Positions 54,750-64,000 of a stretch of DNA of 64,000 nt are shown one piece after another. A program made the translations under genes and the position numbers. The stretch is from the human T2T-CHM13v2.0 reference genome, Homo sapiens: the NCBI RefSeq assembly GCF_009914755.1, contig NC_060940.1. One strand, 5' to 3'. Position 1 is the first letter of the stretch; each line of letters opens with the position of its first letter. The notes under the pieces were generated by a model that was not told the origin of the DNA, made no database searches, and saw only the letters and a program-made list of their open reading frames with translations.

Positions 54750-55270
54750 CTGTTGAACATCTCTCTGAAGCCAATGTATCCCTCTCCCCACTTTACTTTC
54801 CAGCTTTACCACCACATCCTAGTCTAAGCTCGTGTTTTACTTGGGCAATGCCATTTTCCTTTTATTGTACCCAGCATGAAAACTTTAGGCCCTCCATTTA
54901 CTATGCTGCCTTCAGAACACGAATTTACAAATACACTAGTTTTTTCTGCTCTTCAGCTAAATATGGTAATCCTTAGCCTTAATCCATGCCCTATCTTGTA
55001 TGCCAGCCATGCTATTCTTGTGTGTCTACCCAACCAGGCCTTCTTCCAGACAACAGAATGTCCTCCTTCTTCTTGCTGCTACCGAGCCTTTGCCCATGCT
55101 ATGCTCCCTGCCTAAAATGCCCTTCCTACTCACACCCCTGGACCTAGGTAACATCTATTTTCCATAAGACCAGATCAAAATCCTCTTCATAGCACTTGAC
55201 TACAGTTGAAATTGTATATTGTATATTTATGTTATAATTTTTTTCCTTAGCATGGGTCTCTCCTAATAGA
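54750..55270 (+). mobile_element. L2 fragment
   Basis: 'ccaccacatcctagtctaagc...gcctttgcccatgctatgctccctgcctaaaatgcccttcc'. Confidence 0.6.
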
Positions 55271-56196
55271 GTAACAGGGAGTTCTAGAATTCAGCCTCAG
55301 AGAGGAAACTGTAGAGTGGCTCAGGGGCAGGACAGGCTGGAAACCTATTTGTGGCTAGAAAATGGAAGGACAGAAGTACCACCACCACCACACACAGACA
55401 ACTGCCCCACACAGATGATTCTGTCCCTCTGCTTCCTCGACATTGTAGCCAGACATTGCCACAGCAACTGTACAAATACCCAGCCCAATCCCTGTCCCTA
55501 CAAAGTGGAAATCCAAAAGTATTTCTCTAACCTCAAGCCCTAATGCCTTTCCTCCCTGCTTCTACACTTTCAGCTCACAACCTTAGAGATGCCATATACA
55601 CATCTGGAAAGAAATAAAACAAGGTTTTAATTGTTACAGGTGTTTAAGAAAATTGCTTTTGGGTAACTTCCTGAATTTTCAGAATTTTCTGTAATTAACA
55701 CTTTTATAATCTCAAATAAAAAACAAACATCAAAATATAAGATATACTTAAAAACATTTATAATATATAAGCTGATGTGTCAATATTCAGGTGCCAAAGC
55801 CAATGGCAGGATATAAAAACAACAGCAACAAAAAACACATACCCAGAGTCTTGTCCATAATACTCCCAATTGACTGTACGCTCATGGCACCAACAGGAAA
55901 CTAGAGGACAACTTTAAAGTATTTTTTTAACAGTGCCCAGCTGCTCTCAACCTTTTCTTAATTTCCTTCTGATTGCTCCAGGATTTTCATTTAATGGAGT
56001 GGGTTTCTGCTGGAGAAAATTAAGGGCTGAAATTATTAAATGAGTATGACCCCAACTGTGAAAGAAATTCTTTCACTTATTTCTTTAGGTGACAAAGTTT
56101 GGGATGAAACTGATGTGGTAATAGTTACCTGGATGATCTTTCATATTCTGTAGATTCTGTAGGACACACCAGGTCCAGCTGTATATTTGGAAGAGT

Positions 56197-56256
56197 AAAA
56201 TCCTTTAGTTTGAAACCCTTAGTTTAAAATCCCTTAGTTTCAAACCTTAGTTTGAA
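56197..56256. repeat. four-copy ~14-16 bp tandem repeat (aaaNcc(c/t)ttagttt)
   Basis: aaaatcctttagtttg / aaacccttagttt / aaaatcccttagtttc / aaaccttagtttg. Confidence 0.8.
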
Positions 56257-56309
56257 GCATATCATCCCTGAGTTTGAGGCAGCATCTCAATTTGGGAACA
56301 CTGATGAAG

Positions 56310-56790
56310 GATAACACCTTGTATTTGCAGAGCACTTTTTATGATCTGTTGCTTTTTTCCCCCCGTGTGCCCTCATATCCATTATCCTACTCATTTCTTG
56401 CATCAGCACTGTTTCATAGGTAAGATAAGTATAATTCCTGATTTACAGGTGAGGAGACTGAGCCTAGAGGGGTTAAGTGCTTCATCTAAATGAAAATAAC
56501 AAGCCAACAGCAAAGAGGGCCTAGAGATTCAAGCTACTAATCTCACTGCTTTTATAATAATGTCAGCGGCTCCTACCGGGCCCCTAATATGTGCCAGAGA
56601 CTTGACCTTTATGAACTCCTTTAATACTCACGATAACTATATAACACAGATTGTATTACCTTCATTGTAAACATGAGGAAACTGAGGCTGAATTGATTTG
56701 ACAAAGAAATGTAACATAGCCACCCAGACAATGAATCTCAAACCCAGAACAGTCTGAGGGCAAAGCCCATACTGTTTCCACTACACCATC
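56310..56790 (-). mobile_element. two tandem MIR copies
   Basis: 'tttacaggtgaggagactgagcctagaggggttaagt' and 'catgaggaaactgaggct'. Confidence 0.75.
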
Positions 56791-57414
56791 TCCCACAGGA
56801 GAGCACACTCATATAGATTTTAGGAGCTGACACGGTGAAGATGAGCAATATATATTTTCACACAATTCATATTGTTCCTTCAAATTAAACCACAAAGACC
56901 AGAGAATAAATGTTGCCAAGTTTTTCCTATGAAGGTGACATGGAACGTGAAGACATGGAACTTTTACTTAGCCACTGATATTTTGTTTAGGTTTGCTTAA
57001 TTTGTTTATCTCAAGACAACCTTCTGGAGTTATGTATTAGAAACAGAAAAGAGAAAATTTGGGTTAATTTGGAAAAAAGAAGGTAAACAGATGAGGTTGA
57101 ACTGGTACAGTATTTATTGGTTTGTTTTTGTCCTGCAGGCTTGAAAAAGATGAAGAAAGCTGATGTGAAAATTCTGTAATCTTGAGATTATATTCCTGTG
57201 AGGTTGGGGTGTGGGCAAGGAAAGTCCAAAAGAGGGAAATGGCTATGATAGTGAGGCCTGATGAAAGTTCTGGAACATTGTGCACTGGGCCAGGGGGTGG
57301 CACATGAGCATACAGGTCTTGCGCATGGCAGGGAAGCAGTGGCTGTGATGGAGACCTCTAGAGTCACTTCCAATCTGTACTGGCCTCCCTTCACATGAAT
57401 GGAATTGCTTCTGG

Positions 57415-57816
57415 GCTCCCATCTGCTCAGCTACACCTCATTTTCCAGCCCCCTTGCAGTTGAATGGCCAGGTGACAAGGTTCTCACCTGTAGAATGTGA
57501 CAGTAAGTCATGTGTCTGGTTCTTGAGATATTGATTTGCTTCCTCCATACTTTCTTCTTCTCACTGGCTGGAATCTGAGTATTGTAGCAACCAGCTTCAA
57601 TCATGCCGTGATAACAATGCCTGGACGTAAAGGAACAATGATTCATCAGCGACCTGGATCCATGAACAGTTATGTAGAGCTGGGCTGCCCTGCCAGCCAG
57701 GATGTCTCATCACATGGGGCCTGGTCCATGAAAGAGAAACAAACTCATTTGTTCTTAATGTTTCTTGCCACGTTGGGTCTCTGTTACAGCAGCAAAACCT
57801 TACACTAATTGATACA
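57415..57816 (+). mobile_element. MaLR MLT1 (I/J-type) LTR
   Basis: 'cattttccagcccccttgcagttg...tagaatgtga...gggtctctgttacagcagc...tgataca'. Confidence 0.75.
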
Positions 57817-59278
57817 ATGAATTGATGTAGGGGCACCAAAGCTTTTCTTATCTTAAGCATGCAAGTTACTCCCCAAAAATGGACCAGAAACATATAAACA
57901 ATACTATAAACCCTAGAATTTTCTCAAAGATAAATTTACTGTCATGAATCAAACCGCAAGAACCTAAGACCATTTCTTGATCTAAAACTCTATCTTGGTT
58001 TCTGCCTAATAAACACATAATAGCTAAAATATCCACATCATTTAGGAAGTATGTTTTATTCTTATAATCTCCCCTGTGACAACTATTTTTATGTTACATT
58101 TTACTGAAAGCAGTTTATGCAATACAAAGGGCAGGTTGATTTGAGAATTTCTTCAGTTGCCATTTTTTTCTCAAAATAGCAGGCTGAATCACAAACTGAA
58201 GTTCTATTTATCTTGATGTTACCATGTAATAAATCCATTTTGTCAATGAATTTCTTTGAAATATTGTCTATTAAGAAAATAATAAAATCAATTTGTTAAA
58301 AAACATGAAGACGTACAGACGTAGAACACCAGAAGTCAAAATTATGTGACTCTTTCTGTATTCATACCCACATCTATGTGTTCTATCACAGGCATCTGTT
58401 CTCTCTGTCTCTCTCTCTCTCTATCTCTCTCAACTTTTCACAGTCTATTTAAGTTTCTCAAAATAGGGCTACAAATGGGTTTAAAGTTCCTGGAACACAA
58501 AGTGATTGAAACAGTGGGCACTTAAAATTCATGATTGCAAGGTGAACATCTGGAATGCATTCAAAAGAGGAAAAAATTATGAAATGAGAGCGTTATTAAT
58601 AGCTAACATCTTGCAAGGAATGAATCAATGGACAACCTATTTCCTAGATTCTTTTTGGGGAAAAAAATATCGGAAAGAAAAATGCACCAGACTGCAGAAT
58701 ATAAAACTACCATGAAAGGAAATATGATCTACAGCATTACCTTTTAGAGATAAACTTTTTCACTTGTTTAAAATGCTGATAATGTCTGCATGCTATTCTT
58801 TTCTCCTACCTTATGTGTTGCTGAGAGAAGAGCTTTGTAGTTAACAAGGAGTTTTTTTCTTCACCAACAAAGTGGGATTTTCACACATGTGCTTTGCAGT
58901 AGCGAGTCTCAGCCCTGCAGTTTATTTTTGTAATAATTAATAAAATATCACACTTACTGGCTTCCTTACCCCTGCCCAGAGAATGGCTTGCTGCCACCTT
59001 CCTGGATGCTGTTGTAGGAAATGAATCAATGTTACATGAGGCTCTAGGTTGGGAAAAAAAGTATAAGAAGATTCTTATGCTCCAATTGAGTGCTTTCTGA
59101 ATGACAGTTTCAATGACAGGTGACCCTCATGGATCACCAAATGTGTTGCGTGGTAGAGATGGTGAACAGTATCCATAGGTCCTGGTGTTGAAATGCTCAA
59201 AAAAATGGCGTCTATATTATTAAGAGAAAAACAGTCCTCTACTATTCTTATTTTACGTGAAAGAAAAAGGGACACACA

Positions 59279-59585
<307 letters not shown>

Positions 59586-60039
59586 TGAAGGAAAAGAAAA
59601 AGAAATAAAAAGGGACTCATTTAATTGCAATGAAGCTGGCAAATATGTCTCAAACTAAATAGAAAAAGCAAAAAATTCACTTTCGATAGTAGAAGGGTTA
59701 TTCGTAGGTTTAATAAATATTTATGGAGTGCCAGCTGGGCTCCAGGCACTATTCTTGGCAATGGTGATATTGTTTTGAACCAGTCAGAAAAGCCCTACAA
59801 AAAATGAAAGAGGCAAATGCGTAGTCTGGGGAAAGAGCTCTTTGATCACATCATAGGCTCGAGTCACTTCGAGGATCACATTATTAATACCCAAGGAAAC
59901 CTAAGAATGGTTTTCAAAACTTCTCACATTCTGTCTTGTAGGAATCAAATCCATCTCCTACTACTTCTGCACCATCTCCATCACCATCTCCATCATCTTC
60001 ATCTTCAGCAATATAAACACTAGCAAGATTTTCTTCAAA

Positions 60040-60270
60040 AGGTTTTTTGAACGCTCACTATGAACTACACATGACACTCAATGATTTATGTGTTTTACTC
60101 CTTTCCTCTTCTCAACAATTGCTCGAGTTGGGTGGTATTATTACCCCCATTTTGTAAATGAGGAAACTGAAGCAGAGATATGTGAACAATACTATGAGAA
60201 AGAATATGAGTGAGAAGTCAGGATGAAAACATGAGCAACTGGACTCCTGAGCCTGTGCCATAACTACCCT
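60040..60270 (-). mobile_element. MIR
   Basis: 'tattattacccccattttgtaaatgaggaaactgaagcagaga'. Confidence 0.8.
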
Positions 60271-60605
60271 TTCCCTCATTGTTACTTGACAATGCTCTAG
60301 ATTGCTCTTTGTGCAACACAGCCTTCCTCAATGAGTCAGGCACTTTCATGTCCCTGCCTGGAGGCCCGTCCTATTTTCTTCACCAAAGCCTGGGAAACTT
60401 GTTCTATCAGGACACTAGAAAAAGCCTCCCACTAGAACCAAGATCAAAGAAAGCATGTATTACTCAAGACCTACACATGTCCTCTCATTGTGGAACCTGC
60501 TGATACATCATGAACCTCAAAAGGAATCCATGCGTTATCCAGTGGGTAGTCTAAATGAATGTATAGAATGTGAGTCTTGAAGGTGTCATTAAACGTAAGA
60601 GAAAG

Positions 60606-60854
60606 GCCAAGTGTGCTCATGCCTGTAATTCCAGCACTTTGGGAGGCTGAGGCTGGAGGATTGCTTGAGACCAGGAGTTTGAGACCAGACTGGGAAACAT
60701 AGCACCCCATTTCTACAAAAAATATTTAAAAAATTAGCTGGATGTGGTGGTGCATGTCTGTAGTCCCAGCTACTGGGAAGGCAGGAGAATGGCTTGAGCC
60801 CAGGATGTTGAGACTGCAATGAGCCATGATTGCAGCACTACATTCCAGCCTGGA

Positions 60855-60892
<38 letters not shown>
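60606..60892 (+). mobile_element. AluJ with (GA)n tail
   Basis: 'ggaggattgcttgag', 'tgagcccagga', 'tgagccatgattgca'; tail replaced by a (GA)n run of about 17 units. Confidence 0.92.
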
Positions 60893-60895
<3 letters not shown>

Positions 60896-60936
60896 CTTTT
60901 TCTCCAAGCTTGAAGTGAGAAAAGCAAATATGCAGC

Positions 60937-61289
60937 TTTTTTTTTTTTTTTTTTTTACATACTTCAAGTTCTGGAATACATGTGCAGAACATGCAGGTTT
61001 GTTACATAGGTATACATGTGCCATGGTGGTTTGCTGAACCCATCAACCAGTCATCTACGTTAGGTATTTCTGCTAATGCTATCCCTCTCCTAGCCCCCCA
61101 CCCTCTGACAGGCCCCAGTGTGTGATGTTCCCATCCCTGTGTCCATGTGTTCTCATTGTTCAGCTCCCACTTATGAGTGAGAACATGCGGTGTTTGGTTT
61201 TCTGTTCCTGTGTTAGTTTGCTGAGAATGATGTTTCCAGTTTCACCCATGTCCCTGCAAAGGACATGAACTCATCCTTTTTTTTATGGC
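60937..61289 (-). mobile_element. 5'-truncated L1PA (L1PA7-like) 3' end
   Basis: antisense L1PA 3' UTR with poly-T; TSD caaatatgcagcttttt (60925-60941) / caaatgtgcagcttttt (61290-61306). Confidence 0.93.
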
Positions 61290-61534
61290 CAAATGTGCAG
61301 CTTTTTATTTGTGTTAACTTAAAATTCAATAAACATTTGCCCAGTCCAGTGCTGCCTGGAAGTGAAGCTATCATATGCCTCTTCCAGTAGCTTCCAATTT
61401 TGAAGACAGAAGACATACTACAATAAAAACAGGACCTCTACAATCTTTCATTTAAAAATCTCTTTCTTAATGCTTTCATAAGCATCATTTTGTATAGAAT
61501 TCAAGCAGTCTAGGAGATAGGAAAGACAGCAATT

Positions 61535-61616
61535 ATTATCACCACTTGACATGTGGGGAAATTGAGGAAAGAGAATGTGAATCCTTAAAGAGCACGCTAG
61601 CATTTAGGTTCCCGAC
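61535..61616 (+). repeat. copy 1 of an 82-bp local direct repeat (MIR-derived core)
   Basis: 73/82 identical, no gaps, to 63636-63717. Confidence 0.85.
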
Positions 61617-63635
61617 TCATGGTTGATTGGAGTCCTTGCTCTATAGGAAAATCTCCTAAGTGGAACATGCCGCCAAGGCATGTGCCTCAGCCATACTTCT
61701 AAAGCAACCAACACTTCAGCTCCAGGTCCAGCTTGAACAAAGGGGTCCACAGTAGCACTTCATTGGCACCATACTCTGTGCCACTTTAAAGCCGGGAATA
61801 AAACAAGTCCCAGCAATAGTGGCTCTGCCATATGCTACCACACTGCTGTGCTGCCTTAAGACACTGCACAGGTTTTGGCTGCTCAAGCAGCTAGACTTTT
61901 ATCATTGGTTCACATTAATGTACTTGGCAATCACACAGAAGGGCTTTTAAATCTAATGGCTCAGACAATAACAAAGCAAAATTACACGAGCATTTTCAAA
62001 ATGTTGGGGCTGTGACTCTTTTAGGTATGTCATGCTGACTTATCCCTGGGACTTGCTGGAGTTGTAGTACATTACACAGACTTTGAGTCTCTTCCTATTT
62101 GCCCAAGTATGGCACTAGGGGTTGATAAATTGATAATGTAGGCAGTGTGAGGTTTTTCAAAAATGTGAATCTGTGCCATCCTCTGTGTGTGTATGTGTGT
62201 GTGTGTGTGCACACTGTGTGAATCTGTGTCCATGTGCTCAAACCTGTACAAGTGTCTGTGGCCAAAACTGCAATGAGATAGATCACCTGAACGTAAATAC
62301 TCAGGTTCAACAGGACTAAACTTCAGCTGTGACTCCTTTCAGAGCCTCTTTTGTGCTCTACTTTCTTCTTGAAATCTAAAGCTTCTCTAGTTCTCCATTG
62401 GTAGCTGTGAAGAAATGTTTTCCCTAGATTAAAAATTGTGTTTAGATTTTCAGCAACTAAGTTTGTAAAGTAAATAAAGACCTTCTTTCACCAATTTAAA
62501 GTGTACAAAATTATTATTTTCAATAAAAGTATAAAATATCTATAATATATGGAATTAATAAAATACATTCAAGGTTCTTCATATTTATCAAGGCACTTTT
62601 TTTTTTCCTTCAATTACTTGCACAATCCATTTCCAGGTGATACCATTGTTGGTCCTCTTATCAGTGTCAATAATTCCATTTGGCAGCCAGCAGCTAATTC
62701 TTTTCATGTGCTAATGATTAATCAGACAAGCCTATTTACTAATGTATCAGAATGCATTAGAAACATAAGGTAATGGCGGACAGAACATCAATTCAAATAT
62801 AAATGAACTACATTTACATTGGATACCTATTGACTTATGTCACAGAATGAAGTAGAAAATACAATTTACTTGTAAACCATTAAAATGAATGAAAATAGAA
62901 TTTCAAACTCCATCTTCAAACATAACTTTATTGGCTTGGCCGTGAGCCTTAAGGGAGTGCCTAACTAAGTTTAAAATATATAAATAACACACTAATTCAT
63001 TTTGCCATAAAAGAGTTAGTGTCTCACCAACTGAACACCATGGAATTTACTTAAGTTGGAACTAGTACAAAATAAAAAGAGGTCACAGGGTATAATGTGA
63101 GGACATGTTAGCATTCTCACATTGGGGTTTTCTGATTTTAGCTCTCCTCTAACCTATTTTTGTCCAAAATCTTCCATCTTTGCTTGTCCCAAGGGCACTG
63201 GCCCATATTTTACCAATCAAAAATTTGAAATTAAAATCCTTGTGAGAGTGAGGGTGGGTTAAGTCAGATCAAATTATAATAGTAATCATAATATAGACTA
63301 AAGTACTGGAAACCAAGCTCTATAGGCATCTACATTGGACTTTCACTGGATGAAAGGGATATTTTAAGATATTCAGAGAAACATTACAAGCAATTAGATA
63401 AACACTGGAAAGTGAATAGATTTGACACACTTAGTATGGAAAGTTTCTGTGACACTAATAGGATTTTTTTTAACTGAAGTCCAGATGTCTAGCATGAGAT
63501 GGAGATAGACAAGACTTCTTGTGTTAGATTTTCTCAAGTGCATAAGAACTGCACAAACATTAAGAACTTAGAGGTAATCAAAGAAATATCCTTAAATTCC
63601 AAGCTCCTGTTTGGTTTGTATCTGTGACAGCTCAG

Positions 63636-63717
63636 ATTATCACCACTTGACATGTGGGGAAACTGAGGAAAGATAATGTGAATCCTTAGAGAACACGGTA
63701 ACATTCAGATTCCTGAC
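63636..63717 (+). repeat. copy 2 of an 82-bp local direct repeat
   Basis: 73/82 identical to 61535-61616. Confidence 0.85.
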
Positions 63718-63826
63718 ATTAGCCAAATGACTAAAAACTACCTTCAAATTAGAGATGTAGGCAATTGTTGCAGTTTTGAAAAGACAGTTTTGGGAGAGTC
63801 CAAAGGAGATGTAGGACAGTATTTAA

Positions 63827-64000
<174 letters not shown>

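Noticed and set aside
56197-56256. Possible CRISPR-like or telomere-like array
   Set aside because: No spacers, units are too short and degenerate, not TTAGGG, and the context is eukaryotic.
61663-61685. p53-like pair GAACATGCCG-cca-AGGCATGTGC
   Set aside because: Both half-sites are imperfect with a 3-nt spacer; expected by chance in 64 kb.

Overview
This is primate (most likely human) non-coding genomic DNA, either a gene desert or a deep intron. I find no credible protein-coding gene, RNA gene or CRISPR array. Nearly all ORFs in the track are chance frames or read-throughs of Alu, L1, LTR or simple repeats. A large part of the window is interspersed repeat: seven Alus (J, S and Y types), many MIR and L2 relics, MaLR/ERVL/ERV1 solo LTRs, DNA-transposon relics (MER5, MER20, MER58, MER102, Tigger3, MADE2), old L1M pieces including one roughly end-to-end 6.3 kb copy, and short young L1PA insertions. 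Between the repeats are several repeat-free islands dense in homeodomain, PBX/MEIS/HOX and ZIC/GLI motifs, which look like developmental enhancers. The clearest structural finding is at 33404-33823: a 5'-truncated L1PA3-like insertion with a perfect 16-bp target-site duplication (TSD) that encloses two successive 3'-transduced segments, each with its own AATAAA and A-tail. Also notable are an 82-bp duplication 2.1 kb apart and a nested transposon stack of four element classes. I see no evidence for a wholly new biological system. Repeat family calls come from recalled consensus sequences, and boundaries of old elements are approximate.
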